A DNA stretch of 64,000 nt from Candidatus Woesearchaeota archaeon. Its GTDB lineage: Archaea > Nanobdellota > Nanobdellia > SCGC-AAA011-G17 > JACPIM01. Below, in pieces: positions 19,128 to 29,991 of the stretch (the first letter of the stretch is position 1; every line of letters begins with the position of its first letter). The stretch spans positions 2,051 through 66,050 of the forward strand of contig CAZELK010000006.1 of the NCBI GenBank assembly GCA_964513145.1. Direction: 5' to 3'. The translations under genes and the position numbers were made by a program. The notes under the pieces are model-generated. The model was not told the origin of the DNA and ran no database searches. It saw only the letters and a program-made list of their open reading frames with translations.

Positions 19128-20108
19128 GTGAAACTTTTGAATAAGGAAACAAAGATTTTTTTAATGGTTTTTTTAATTCTTGGCATAGGCTTTTTATCTA
19201 CTAATTTGGAAATAACTGGAAATACTCATTTAGTTAAGACAGAAAATAAATATTTTGAAGATTTGCCAACTGAATTAACAATAAATTCTTATCCTCCAAA
19301 GGCTGATATTTATATTTCTGGAAATTATATTGGACAAACGCCATTAACATTAACTGCCTTAGATCCGACATTATATGAAATTGAATTGAGGAAAATTGGA
19401 TATTATAATTTAAAAGAAAAAATAAATCTAGAAGCTAATATAGATAATGTAATAAGACTTGATTTAACAAAAATTGGGGAGGGAAGTTTATTTATCGACT
19501 CAAATATTAAAGAGGCTGATATTTACATAAATAATGAATTATCAGGAATCACACCAAAAAAAATATCTTTACTTGAAGGAGTTTATGATATAAAAATAAG
19601 AAAAAATAATTTCGCTGATTTTTTTACCTCGAAAGCAATAAAAGCTGGACAAAATGATAAATTATTTGCTAATTTAGACAATAAGAATTCTGGAAGCATG
19701 TATGTAGAAACTGAACCTAATGATGCAAAAATTTTAGTTGATGATGTTTATCAGGGTGTTACACCAAATTTACTAGGATTAAATACTGGTTCATATATTG
19801 TTAGAGTTGAAAAGGAAGGCTATGATTCAAAAACATTTAATGTTGAAATAAAAGAAAATGAGAGAAAAGACATTATAGCAAAATTAGATGCCAGTTTAGG
19901 CACTTTATTTGTCGGATCAGAGCCTTTTGGAGCCAAGATTTATATTGACGGAACTTATCAAGGAGTTACTCCAAAAATAGTTTCTGGTTTAGGTGATGGT
20001 TTTCATACTTTAAAAATAACCAAGGACTATTATGAGGAATATTTAGGTACAATAAAAGTAAAGAGACTGTATCCGAATAGTATTTATGTAAAATTAGTTA
20101 GAAAGTAA
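19128..20108 (+). CDS. PEGA-domain cell-surface protein (GTG start)
   Basis: Signal/TM peptide plus four PEGA-like repeats (..YIGQTPLTL...IELRKIGY.., ..VYQGVTPNLL...VRVEKEGY.., ..TYQGVTPKIV...LKITKDYY..). RBS aaggag lies 9 nt upstream. Confidence 0.7.
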   Translation: MKLLNKETKIFLMVFLILGIGFLSTNLEITGNTHLVKTENKYFEDLPTELTINSYPPKADIYISGNYIGQTPLTLTALDPTLYEIELRKIGYYNLKEKINLEANIDNVIRLDLTKIGEGSLFIDSNIKEADIYINNELSGITPKKISLLEGVYDIKIRKNNFADFFTSKAIKAGQNDKLFANLDNKNSGSMYVETEPNDAKILVDDVYQGVTPNLLGLNTGSYIVRVEKEGYDSKTFNVEIKENERKDIIAKLDASLGTLFVGSEPFGAKIYIDGTYQGVTPKIVSGLGDGFHTLKITKDYYEEYLGTIKVKRLYPNSIYVKLVRK

Positions 20109-20113
20109 ATTTT

Positions 20114-20755
20114 TTATTTTTTTATGATATTTTTTAGATTGGATTTTATTTTCTGAAATAAACTTTTTATTATATTTTTTATTTTATCAACTGGCTTTTC
20201 TTGTCCCCAACCAATTTCCTCAGCAGTCTTGTCTCCATATTTATTAAAAGATATAATCCTTTTTAGAGATACTTTTAATGGTTCTTTAAATGGCTTGTCA
20301 TAAGGATAACCAATTGTCAAGATTATTTGTGGCTGAATTCCTTCATCTATTCTTAATATCCTAGAAACTGCCTTTGGATCAAAAACATCGACCCAACACG
20401 TACCTAAACCAAGATCTACAGATTTTAATGAGATCAAGATTGCTGCAGCTGCAGAATTTTGAATAGAGTATTTTTCTGAGTTGTTTTTGTAATATGTTTT
20501 TAGTCTATTTATGTCACTGCAAACAACTATAAATAATGTGGCTGTATTCATCCAATATTGTCTTAAAGAAGCTTCAGCAATCTTGTTTTTTTTATCTTTA
20601 TCATTTACAGCTATAAACCTAAAATCCTGAAGATTTCCAGAATTTGGTGCATATCTTGCTGCATCCAATAAAAGAGTTAGTTTTTCAAATTCTACAGCTT
20701 TGTCAAGATACTTTCTTATGCTGCGACGAGTTTTTATTGCCTGATCTAAATCCAT
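20114..20755 (-). CDS. Nitroreductase-family oxidoreductase
   Basis: 213 aa. N-terminal AIKTRRSIRKY and a nitroreductase fold pattern. Confidence 0.7.
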   Translation of the reverse strand: MDLDQAIKTRRSIRKYLDKAVEFEKLTLLLDAARYAPNSGNLQDFRFIAVNDKDKKNKIAEASLRQYWMNTATLFIVVCSDINRLKTYYKNNSEKYSIQNSAAAAILISLKSVDLGLGTCWVDVFDPKAVSRILRIDEGIQPQIILTIGYPYDKPFKEPLKVSLKRIISFNKYGDKTAEEIGWGQEKPVDKIKNIIKSLFQKIKSNLKNIIKK

Positions 20756-20795
20756 ATAACAAGCTTTAAATTTATTAAATATTTAATTCTTTCTG

Positions 20796-22478
20796 ATGGA
20801 ATACAGCTATTTAGTTAAATATTATCTTGAATTAGGAAGCACAACAAAAAGACTGGAGAAGGTTGATATTCTTTCTAAACTCTTTAAAGAGGCTGATACT
20901 GAAGAACTTAGCTTAATCGTTTATTTAATTGAGGGAAGTGTTTTTCCTGAATTGGATGAGAGAAAAATAGGTTTTAGTTCCAGGCTTATGTTGAAGGCCC
21001 TAAGTTCTGTTACTGGTGTAAACCAAGATGAAATTGAAAAATTATTGAATATAAAGGGAGATTTAGGTTTAGTTGCTGAAGAATTAATTAAAAAGAAAAA
21101 ACAAACTACCTTAGATTCTAAAAATTTAGATATTCAGAAAGTTTTTCATAATATAAGAAAATTAGCTGAATTAGAAGGAGAAGGAACTGTAAATAAAAAA
21201 GTACAATTAGTTTCAGAATTATTAGGAAATGCAAAACCAATTGAAGCAAAGTTTATTGCAAGAACAATTTTAGAAGATTTGAGGGTTGGAGTTAAAGAAG
21301 GGATTATTCGGGATGCTATCAGCAAGGCATTTAATGTTGATGTCAAAGAAGTTGAGGATTCTTTTAACTTGATTATTGATTATGGGGAAGTTGCAAAACT
21401 AGCTAAAAAAAATAAATTAAAAGAAGTTTCAATTACTCTTGGGAAACCATTAAAATTAATGCTTGCCATTTTAGTAAAAAACATTAAAGAAGGTTTTGAG
21501 GCCCTGGGAAAACCTGTTCAAGCAGAGTTTAAATTGGATGGTTTTAGGGTCAGTGCACATAAAAATAAAGACAATATTATAAAATTGTTCACAAGAAGAA
21601 TGGAAGAGGTTACAAAACAATTCCCAGATGTGATATCTATTCTAAAAGATAATGTTGATGCAAAGGAGTTTATTTTAGATTGTGAAATTGTTGGCATAGA
21701 CAAAGATAATGGAAAATATCTGCCTTTTCAAAGCATTTCACAGAGAATAAGGAGAAAATATGACATTGAGAAAATGGCCAATGAATTTCCAGTTGAGGTT
21801 AATATTTTTGACGCAATATATTATAATGGAAAAAACCTGATGCAAATTCCATTAATTGAAAGAAGAAATATTTTAGAGAAAATTGTTAAAGGGAAAAAAG
21901 GAAAAATTGCATTAACTAAAAAACTTATTAGTGACAATGAAAAAGAACTTAATAATTTTTTCAAGGAATCATTAAAATCCGGAAATGAAGGTTTGATGTT
22001 AAAAAATATTAATTCTTTATATGTTCCAGGGAGATATGTTGATGGCTGGTGCAAATTAAAAAATGTTCTGGAGCCCCTGGACTTAGTAATTGTAAAATGT
22101 TTTTTTGGCGAAGGGAAGAGAGCTGGATGGTTAACTAGTTTTACTGTTGCATGCAGATCTGGAAATAAGTTTCTTAATATTGGTGATGTAAGTACTGGGT
22201 TAAAGGAGAAAGAAGGTGAAAACGGAGTGACTTATGAAGAGATGACTAATTTACTTAAACCTTTGATTAAAGAAGAAAAAGGGAAGGAAGTTATTGTTGA
22301 ACCCAAGATAGTAATAGAAGTCGGATATGAAGAAATTCAAAAAAGTACAACAAGCAGTTCTGGCTTCTCCCTGCGCTTTCCAAGATTCTTATTTTTACGT
22401 GAAGATAAGCCATTAAATGAAATAAATACTATAAATGATGTTGAAAAGATCTATAAAATGCAAAGAGGAAAGAGATAA
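20796..22478 (+). CDS. lig: ATP-dependent DNA ligase
   Basis: 560 aa. KxDG adenylation motif (EFKLDGFRV) and motifs III to VI. Confidence 0.9.
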   Translation: MEYSYLVKYYLELGSTTKRLEKVDILSKLFKEADTEELSLIVYLIEGSVFPELDERKIGFSSRLMLKALSSVTGVNQDEIEKLLNIKGDLGLVAEELIKKKKQTTLDSKNLDIQKVFHNIRKLAELEGEGTVNKKVQLVSELLGNAKPIEAKFIARTILEDLRVGVKEGIIRDAISKAFNVDVKEVEDSFNLIIDYGEVAKLAKKNKLKEVSITLGKPLKLMLAILVKNIKEGFEALGKPVQAEFKLDGFRVSAHKNKDNIIKLFTRRMEEVTKQFPDVISILKDNVDAKEFILDCEIVGIDKDNGKYLPFQSISQRIRRKYDIEKMANEFPVEVNIFDAIYYNGKNLMQIPLIERRNILEKIVKGKKGKIALTKKLISDNEKELNNFFKESLKSGNEGLMLKNINSLYVPGRYVDGWCKLKNVLEPLDLVIVKCFFGEGKRAGWLTSFTVACRSGNKFLNIGDVSTGLKEKEGENGVTYEEMTNLLKPLIKEEKGKEVIVEPKIVIEVGYEEIQKSTTSSSGFSLRFPRFLFLREDKPLNEINTINDVEKIYKMQRGKR

Positions 22479-22655
22479 TCTAAAAATTATTTTTGCAGTT
22501 TAAAATATATTTAATACTATACAAATCTTTTATCATAATAATATTTATATAGTAGTATCGAACTACAACTAAGTAGGAATAGTTTGTTGTTAAAAAAGAG
22601 AGTTTATATTGTACATGAGTAGTTAAAAAGTAGGTGATACCTGGGAGGGTTTATA

Positions 22656-23483
22656 ATGATTGTTAAAGATGATTTTTTAAATAAATTGAGACAATATTTC
22701 TCGCTAAATCTTTATGAAGTAAGGATTTGGACTGCACTTCTTTCTCGGGGTGTTTCCACTGCTGGTGAATTAAGTGACATTGGCAATGTTCCCAGATCAA
22801 GGGCTTATGATGTTTTAGAAAGTTTAGAAAAAAAAGGGTTTGTTGTAATGAAATTGGGCAAACCAATAAAATATTTGGCTGTTGAACCACTAGAAGTTGT
22901 TCACAGGGTTAAAAAAATAGTTAAACAAGTTTCTGATGAAAAAGTGAAAAAATTAGAAGACTTGAAAGGCAGTGATGTCTTGGGAGAACTTAATTTATTG
23001 TATAAACAAGGCATAGAGTTTGTTGAAGCAAGTGATTTATCAGGAGCTATCAGGGGAAGACACAATTTGTACACACATTTAGAAACTATGATAAAAAATG
23101 CAAAGAAAAGCGTTACAATAATGACTACAAGTAAGGGAGTTTTAAGAAAAATTGAGGCATTAAAACCTGAACTAGAAAGGCTTGCAAAGAGAGGAGTTAA
23201 TATCAGGATAGCTGCGCCAGTTTCCAAAGAAAATTTAGGTGCACTTCAAGAAGTTTCCAAAATAGCAGAAATAAGGCATAATGAAAATGTTCAGGCCAGA
23301 TTTGTGCTTGTTGACGGAAAAGAGATAATGTTTATGGCTTTAAATGATGATGAAGTTCATCCAAGCTATGATCTTGGTGTCTGGGTAAATACGCCTTATT
23401 TTACAACTGCAATGGAAAACATGTTCCAAACTTGCTGGAAAGATTTTGAACCTGTAGAAAAAGCTGTTGCCAGGATTAAGTAA
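22656..23483 (+). CDS. TrmB-family transcriptional regulator
   Basis: 275 aa. N-terminal wHTH (LYEVRIWTALLSRGVSTAGELSDIGNVPRSRAYDVLESLEKKGFV) plus a TrmB C-terminal domain. RBS gggaggg. Confidence 0.75.
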   Translation: MIVKDDFLNKLRQYFSLNLYEVRIWTALLSRGVSTAGELSDIGNVPRSRAYDVLESLEKKGFVVMKLGKPIKYLAVEPLEVVHRVKKIVKQVSDEKVKKLEDLKGSDVLGELNLLYKQGIEFVEASDLSGAIRGRHNLYTHLETMIKNAKKSVTIMTTSKGVLRKIEALKPELERLAKRGVNIRIAAPVSKENLGALQEVSKIAEIRHNENVQARFVLVDGKEIMFMALNDDEVHPSYDLGVWVNTPYFTTAMENMFQTCWKDFEPVEKAVARIK

Positions 23484-23493
23484 TTTATTATTT

Positions 23494-24273
23494 TTATATT
23501 TTTAATTTTCCCTTTTGCCAATCATTTACAATCATTCTGGAAGCAGATTCAAGATCCAAGACACCACCTTTTTTTAATTTGCCTTTTGATTTTGCTATTT
23601 CTTTTAGTGTTTCTAAAATGTCTTTTTTTACTTTTATATTATATTTATTTTCCAAAATTTTTTTGTTTTTTCTTATTAGATTTTCCAGAATTTTATAAGC
23701 TACTTCTTCATGATCTTCAATATTTGTCAGGGCAGATTTTAAGGCTAAATCTGATTCTTTTTTTTCCTTAGAAGGTATTACACCAGGAGTGTCTATTAAT
23801 TTAATATTTTTACTTAAATTAATCCACTGCATTCCCCTTGTAAAACCAGCAACTGGGCTTGTTCTTGCTTTTTTTCTTCCAATTAAATAGTTTATTATTG
23901 AAGATTTACCAGTATTTGGATAGCCAACTACACCTATAGTCATTGGTCTCTTTTTTACTGAACTGGTTATAGCTTTTATTAACCTTAATTTTCCACGCCT
24001 ATCTTTGCATGAAACTGGGACAGTTAATGATATTTCTTTTAGATTATCAAATGCCTGATGCAATTCATTTAAAGATACTAGATCAGACTTATTTAATATA
24101 AAAATAAATTTCTTGCCATAATCTCTCATCTTATTTTCTATTACTTCATTTCTTGTTTCATTGTAAAATCTTGAGTCCAAAACATTCAGTATTATATCTG
24201 ATTTTCTTAATATTTCGTCAACTATTTTCCAATATCTTGTCTTGACTGCACGCCAGTTTTTTGACTTTGCCAT
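23494..24273 (-). CDS. Circularly permuted ribosome-biogenesis GTPase (YlqF/RbgA/Nug family)
   Basis: 259 aa. The G4 motif (ILNKSDL) precedes G1 (GYPNTGKSS), which precedes G3 (DTPGV). Confidence 0.75.
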   Translation of the reverse strand: MAKSKNWRAVKTRYWKIVDEILRKSDIILNVLDSRFYNETRNEVIENKMRDYGKKFIFILNKSDLVSLNELHQAFDNLKEISLTVPVSCKDRRGKLRLIKAITSSVKKRPMTIGVVGYPNTGKSSIINYLIGRKKARTSPVAGFTRGMQWINLSKNIKLIDTPGVIPSKEKKESDLALKSALTNIEDHEEVAYKILENLIRKNKKILENKYNIKVKKDILETLKEIAKSKGKLKKGGVLDLESASRMIVNDWQKGKLKI

Positions 24274-24366
24274 AAAACATTATCCGCATAATTAGTATAT
24301 AAAATTAATCAATGAATTTTTAGATTTACAGACAATATTTATATAGTAAACAAATATTTTTTTATT

Positions 24367-26022
24367 ATGGATTTTAAAGAAGAGATTGTCAAAGAACTTA
24401 AAAAAGAAGTTAATGCTGATATTAATTTAGAAGTTCCGCCAGAATATAAACTTGGGGATTATGCTTTTCCTTGTTTTTCTTTATCTAAAACATACAAAAA
24501 AGACCCAAAAATAATTGCCTTAGAATTAAGCAAGAAAATTAAAAGCAAATACTTTTATGCAGAAGCAAATGGTCCGTATGTTAATTTCTTTTTAAGCAGA
24601 AAATTATTTGCTGAGAAACAAATCAAGGAAATTTTAGAAGGAATAAAAATAAAACCCAAGAATAAGAAAATATTGGTAGAATATTGCCATGCCAACACTC
24701 ATAAGGCTTTTCATATTGGACATACTAGAAACATCTGCTTTGGGGAGTCTATGTCAAGAATTCTTGAATACACTGGAAATAAAATAATAAGAGCAAACTA
24801 CCAAGGTGATATAGGGATGCATGTAGCTAAAACAATTTACGGCTTACTTAATTTAAAAAAATTAAAATTAAAAAAACCAGTGAAAAATAAAGGAAAATGG
24901 ATTGGACTAGTTTATGCTGCAGCAAGCAATCTTGTTTCCAATAATGAAGATGTTGCAAAAGAAGTTAATGAAATTAACCAGAAACTCTATGCTGGTGATA
25001 AAGAACTAATTAAAATCTGGAAAGAATCGAGAAAGTGGAGCATAGATTATTTTGAGAAGACAGTTTATCCTGATTTTAATGTTAAATTTGACAGATTTTA
25101 TTTTGAGAGTGAGGTTGAAAAACACGGAATAAAAATAGTTAAAAAATTAAAAGATGCGGGACATGCAAAACTCAGTGATGGGGCTATAATTGTAGATTTA
25201 AATAATTATAATCTTGGAATTTTTTTAATTTTAAAAAGTGATGGTACTGCCTTGTATTCTACCAAAGATTTAGCATTGGCAGAGCTGCAAGAAAAAGAAT
25301 TTAAACCAGATATGATAGTGCATATTGTTGGTTCTGAACAGAATCTATATTTTAAACAATTATTTAAAACACTGGAACTATATAACAAAAAAATAGCTGA
25401 CAAAGAGAAACATCTTTCTTATGAACTTGTAATTTTACCAACTGGGAAAATGTCTTCACGTGAAGGAAAAGTTGTTTTATACGACGATACTTTAAATGAA
25501 ATGACTGAATGTGCTGAAAAAGAAATAAAATCCAGAGACAAAGTAAATGAAAAAGAATTAAACAGGCGGGCCAAAATTATTGCACTTGCTGCAATAAAAT
25601 ATGCAATGCTATCACAAAATGCAAAAAAAGTGATTGTTTTTGAACAAGAAAAGTCTATTTCATTTGAGGGTGATACTGGTCCTTATTTATTATATTCTTA
25701 TGCAAGAGCAGGCTCAATATTAAGAAAAGACAAGAAAAAATATAAATTTAAAGTTGGTGACATAAATGATCCAGAATATCTAGTAATAAATAAATTAAGC
25801 AAATTTAAAGAAGTAATTGAGAAAGCAAGTGAACAAATGGATCCATCAATAGTTGCAAATTATGCTTTTGAGCTTTGCAAATTATTTAATGAATTTTATC
25901 ATTCTTCACAAGTTATTGGTTCAGGAAGAGAAGAATTTCTTATTTACTTAACCAAGGCTTTTAATAATATATTGGGAAAAGCATTGTATTTATTGGGCAT
26001 AGAAACTTTAGAAAAAATGTAA
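24367..26022 (+). CDS. argS: Arginyl-tRNA synthetase
   Basis: 551 aa. HIGH motif (ANTHKAFHIGHTRN) and a DALR anticodon-binding C-terminus. Confidence 0.9.
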   Translation: MDFKEEIVKELKKEVNADINLEVPPEYKLGDYAFPCFSLSKTYKKDPKIIALELSKKIKSKYFYAEANGPYVNFFLSRKLFAEKQIKEILEGIKIKPKNKKILVEYCHANTHKAFHIGHTRNICFGESMSRILEYTGNKIIRANYQGDIGMHVAKTIYGLLNLKKLKLKKPVKNKGKWIGLVYAAASNLVSNNEDVAKEVNEINQKLYAGDKELIKIWKESRKWSIDYFEKTVYPDFNVKFDRFYFESEVEKHGIKIVKKLKDAGHAKLSDGAIIVDLNNYNLGIFLILKSDGTALYSTKDLALAELQEKEFKPDMIVHIVGSEQNLYFKQLFKTLELYNKKIADKEKHLSYELVILPTGKMSSREGKVVLYDDTLNEMTECAEKEIKSRDKVNEKELNRRAKIIALAAIKYAMLSQNAKKVIVFEQEKSISFEGDTGPYLLYSYARAGSILRKDKKKYKFKVGDINDPEYLVINKLSKFKEVIEKASEQMDPSIVANYAFELCKLFNEFYHSSQVIGSGREEFLIYLTKAFNNILGKALYLLGIETLEKM

Positions 26023-26062
26023 GAACAATTTTGAAAAAAGCATTCGCGGAAAAACTTAGAAA

Positions 26063-26350
26063 TTATTTTTTATCAAATTCAACTTCTAATCCGCCAAATG
26101 ATTTTGCAATCAGATTATATATGAATGCAGTCAATAAGCCGGCAAAGAAACCCAGTGCGCCGTAAAATATTGGCAATATAATTATAAACCCAAATCCAAA
26201 GGAACCGAACATCATGGATTGTGTTGCCAAAGGGCCTGCAACTAAAGAGATTAAAGCAAAAAATATACCAAAAATAAGCCCAATAAGAGCCATTGAAATA
26301 GAATATATTTTGGCCATTGACAAAACATGAATTTTTTTTAAAACAACCAT
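26063..26350 (-). CDS. small membrane protein (95 aa), hypothetical
   Basis: Three predicted TM helices. Confidence 0.45.
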   Translation of the reverse strand: MVVLKKIHVLSMAKIYSISMALIGLIFGIFFALISLVAGPLATQSMMFGSFGFGFIIILPIFYGALGFFAGLLTAFIYNLIAKSFGGLEVEFDKK

Positions 26351-26437
26351 GATATTGTTATTTGACTTGGCTATATAAATATTAAGCGCTATATTGCAGT
26401 AGTAACTTTTATAAATAGTTTTTATTAAATTTATTAG

Positions 26438-26734
26438 ATGGAAACTGACTTTGGTGATTTATTTGCTTATCATGGTTTTAATAATATTACTATCAGAAAT
26501 GCAGTAAGAATAATTAAAATAATAAAAATTAATACTGCTAAGCGGGGTGTTAATTATTTAAATCCAAATGAATTAGAAATTTTAGTTGATAATTCTAATA
26601 TAATACATCTTTTGGTTGATAAAAAAATCCTTAAATTAGATAATGGGAATTACTCCCTTGATGAAGAAGGCATTAACAGATTAATTGAGAAAACAATGGG
26701 TGAAGAACCTGCTTACTTTATAGAGGGTTTTTAA
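26438..26734 (+). CDS. hypothetical protein (98 aa)
   Basis: ORF in the track. Confidence 0.4.
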   Translation: METDFGDLFAYHGFNNITIRNAVRIIKIIKINTAKRGVNYLNPNELEILVDNSNIIHLLVDKKILKLDNGNYSLDEEGINRLIEKTMGEEPAYFIEGF

Positions 26735-27093
26735 AATGAAAACTGTCAATCATAAGAAATGAATCAGTGTTAATGAGTTAGTTAAAGAAATGGAAAATTC
26801 TTGAATGAGTGGGGCAATGGTTCCTGATTGCGTGAAAAATATTATTGTTGAAAATAATAATCTTTATCATAGCTTTCCATTTAATTTATGAGGCTGTTAA
26901 AGACATGATATAATTTTCTACTTATGAATAATTGCAAAGTCTTTAAATATTGTTTTGTATTTATTAATAACATGGCAAAAGATAAAGATAAAAAGAAGGA
27001 ATATAAGAAAAAAGAGTATTATGAAAAAGATGAGGATATGGAAGATGAAGACATGGATGATGAAATAGAAGACGACTTAGATAAAGATGAAAA

Positions 27094-27792
27094 TTAACCA
27101 ATAAATTTTGGCAATGTCTTTTTCATATTAAAAGAATTTTTATTTTGTATAGGCAAGACTATTCTCGAAACTACTGCATTTAATGAATAAGGAAGGCGAA
27201 TTAATCTTATCCTTCCTTCTGTAACCCATTTATCCAGACCATAATTTTCAAATCTTTTTGCAAGCTCTTTTCTTTCTTTAATTCCGAATGTGTAGGCTTT
27301 TTTATCAAAAACATGAACATGGCAACCACGACCAGAATAGACTATTATAATTTTTTTAAAATCTAATTTCTCTTTTAATTTAAATGCATTCTCTATTGAT
27401 TTAATTATACATTTATTGCACACATCTCTGCAATTACAATCCAAATTATTTGCATCAATATCGAAGACAAGCTCCTGACCGAGAAAATTTTTACATTTGA
27501 AAAAATTTTTAGTTTTAAAACAGAATTTACATACTTTATTTCCTTTATGCAAATTTCTGTCATAATAGACGTCTTCTGGGAGATATTGCAATAGTTTTTT
27601 TCTTAAAGTTTTTGTTCTGAAAAATATTAATTTATTGTCTTTTCTAGGATTCTTTGTTATTTTAGTTTCTGTTCCCAAATCAACTGCAAAATATCCAGGC
27701 TTTACTTTAAAAAACGATAATGCTTTTTTTTCATTAAACTCTTTTGAATAAAAACTCTTCCTATCTTTTAAAGTAGAAGGCTTAAATATCAT
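27094..27792 (-). CDS. priS: DNA primase small subunit PriS (compact)
   Basis: 232 aa. Catalytic acidic motif (ELVFDIDANN), a Zn knuckle (CNCRDVCNKC) and SGRGCHVHVFD (compare SGGRGYHVHV). Confidence 0.65.
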   Translation of the reverse strand: MIFKPSTLKDRKSFYSKEFNEKKALSFFKVKPGYFAVDLGTETKITKNPRKDNKLIFFRTKTLRKKLLQYLPEDVYYDRNLHKGNKVCKFCFKTKNFFKCKNFLGQELVFDIDANNLDCNCRDVCNKCIIKSIENAFKLKEKLDFKKIIIVYSGRGCHVHVFDKKAYTFGIKERKELAKRFENYGLDKWVTEGRIRLIRLPYSLNAVVSRIVLPIQNKNSFNMKKTLPKFIG

Positions 27793-27951
27793 TAATATTT
27801 AGAATAGAACTGATTTTAATAAGTTTTTGGAAAGAGCACCTCTTTTTTTGTGCTCTTTTTTGAAATTAGAATTATTGCCCAGTATATAAACATTTATTGA
27901 ATGAAAGACATAGATTGAGAAATATTACAATAAATTTATATACAGAAATAA

Positions 27952-28272
27952 TTGAAAAATTTGATGAATCAATTATATTATGTATATAAAACAAATGAGA
28001 AGCTTACAGTGTATTCATCAGCCAATGAATTTGTCTATAAACGATTTACGCAATTTAAAAGTTTAATTGAATTTTTTTCTGAAATAATTGCTGATCATCA
28101 CAAACCGACACCTGATTTAAGTTATGACGTGCCTTCTGAACTTAAAAAAAGAAAAGATGGTGTAAAAAGAGTTCCCTTAGAAATAACAACATTATTTGAT
28201 TTAGTCAGAAGTCTGCATGATGCCTCTGAAAAACAAATTAAGAAAGGGATTAGACAAAACATCAATCAATAA
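27952..28272 (+). CDS. hypothetical protein (106 aa)
   Basis: ORF in the track. Confidence 0.4.
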   Translation: MKNLMNQLYYVYKTNEKLTVYSSANEFVYKRFTQFKSLIEFFSEIIADHHKPTPDLSYDVPSELKKRKDGVKRVPLEITTLFDLVRSLHDASEKQIKKGIRQNINQ

Positions 28273-28305
28273 ATTTATATATAATTAATTAAAATATTAA
28301 ATACA

Positions 28306-28566
28306 ATGGAAATAAAAAAGAAGTGCTGGCCCCAATCTTTTCAATTAATGTTAGATGGCAAGAAAAATTTTGATTTAAGACTTGCTGATTTTGATTTAAA
28401 TGAAGATGATACAATTATTTATGAGGAATGGGATCCTAAAACCAAGAAATATAGCGGAAGAGTTCTGAAAAAGCAAGTAAAAAATCTCAGGAAATTTAAG
28501 GCTACTGAATTTAACTCTATTCAAGACATAGAAAAATTCGGACATTATGCTATAGAATTTGAGTAA
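28306..28566 (+). CDS. small PUA/ASCH-like (DUF3850-like) protein
   Basis: 86 aa. The N-terminal region resembles ASCH/DUF3850. Confidence 0.35.
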   Translation: MEIKKKCWPQSFQLMLDGKKNFDLRLADFDLNEDDTIIYEEWDPKTKKYSGRVLKKQVKNLRKFKATEFNSIQDIEKFGHYAIEFE

Positions 28567-28646
28567 TTCTGGGTCTTAGTTTAATTATAAAAAGATTTAT
28601 AGTTAATTTTAAATATCTCAGGAAATTTCTATTTATGGGGTGATTC

Positions 28647-28922
28647 ATGGGAAATAAACTTTTATTTTTTACGGGAGAAGAATGTCCCCATTGTCATGAC
28701 TCTTTGCCGCTAATAGCCAGACTAGAAAAAGAACATAAACTTAAAATTGAAAAGATTGAGGTTTGGCATAATGCCAAAAATGCAGCTATTCTTGAGAAAT
28801 TAGACAATGGCAAATGTGGCGGTGTACCTTTTTTTTATAATGAAAATACAGGTGGATGGATTTGTGGAACTCCAAATTCTTATGAAGATTTAAAAGAGTG
28901 GGCTTTAGGCAAAAAGAAATAG
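28647..28922 (+). CDS. Thioredoxin/glutaredoxin-fold protein
   Basis: 91 aa. CPHC redox motif near the N-terminus. Confidence 0.6.
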   Translation: MGNKLLFFTGEECPHCHDSLPLIARLEKEHKLKIEKIEVWHNAKNAAILEKLDNGKCGGVPFFYNENTGGWICGTPNSYEDLKEWALGKKK

Positions 28923-28923
28923 T

Positions 28924-29991
28924 ATGTTAAGAATTTTAAAGAAGTTTGAAGTAAAAAGATTAGAAGTTTTAAATAAAGAAGGAAAGTATGATAAAAAATT
29001 AATGCCTAAGCTTAATAATAAAGACATAAAAAAGATTTATGAAGCAATGATTCTTACAAGAGTTTTTGATAGGAAAGCATTAAATTTACAGAGGCAGGGG
29101 AGATTAGGAACATATGCATCTATGGAGGGACAAGAGGCAACTATTATTGGTTCTGCTTATGCTTTAAAAAAAGAAGATTGGTTATTTCCTTGCTTTAGAG
29201 AAAATGGTGCCTTAATATTAAGAGGTCAATCAATGGAAGATTTGTTTCTTTATTGGGGCGGAGATGAAAGGGGAATGAATATTCCAAAAGATGTTAATAA
29301 CTTTCCAATAGCAATTCCAGTAGGCACACAAATATTACATGCTGTTGGTGTTGCTTTGGGAGCTAAAATACAAAATAAGAAAATATGCAGCTTAGTATAT
29401 TTTGGTGATGGTGCGACTTCAGAAGGAGATTTTCATGAAGGTCTGAACATGGCAGGAGTATTTAAATTACCTGTTGTTTTTATCTGCCAGAATAACCAGT
29501 GGGCAATTTCTGTACCATTAAAAAAACAAACTGCTTCTGAAACATTAGCACAAAAAGCGATAGCTTATGGTTTTAATGGCATACAAGTTGATGGAAATGA
29601 TGTGCTTGCTGTTTACAAAGCAACCAAAGAGGCTTTGGACAATGCAAGAAATGGGAATGGGCCGACTTTAATTGAATGCCAAACTTATAGAATAAATGAT
29701 CACACAACTTCTGATGATTCTAAAAAATACAGGAATGAAAAAGAAGTTACTGAATGGAAAAAGAAAGACCCGATAATAAGATTATGGAATTTCATGAAAA
29801 GAAAAAAACTGTGGAACAAAAAATATGAGCAGAAAATAATTGAAAAATCTACCAAAGATGTTGAGGCTGCTGTTAAAAAAGCTGAGTCAACACCAAAACC
29901 AAAAGTTGAAGACATGTTCAAATATGTTTACAGCAATATAACTCCAATACAAAAAGAAGAATTAGAATCTTTTAGGAAAAATGAAAACTAA
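28924..29991 (+). CDS. pdhA: Pyruvate/2-oxoacid dehydrogenase E1 component alpha subunit (TPP-binding)
   Basis: 355 aa. TPP motif GDGATSEGDFHEGLN...N. Confidence 0.85.
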   Translation: MLRILKKFEVKRLEVLNKEGKYDKKLMPKLNNKDIKKIYEAMILTRVFDRKALNLQRQGRLGTYASMEGQEATIIGSAYALKKEDWLFPCFRENGALILRGQSMEDLFLYWGGDERGMNIPKDVNNFPIAIPVGTQILHAVGVALGAKIQNKKICSLVYFGDGATSEGDFHEGLNMAGVFKLPVVFICQNNQWAISVPLKKQTASETLAQKAIAYGFNGIQVDGNDVLAVYKATKEALDNARNGNGPTLIECQTYRINDHTTSDDSKKYRNEKEVTEWKKKDPIIRLWNFMKRKKLWNKKYEQKIIEKSTKDVEAAVKKAESTPKPKVEDMFKYVYSNITPIQKEELESFRKNEN

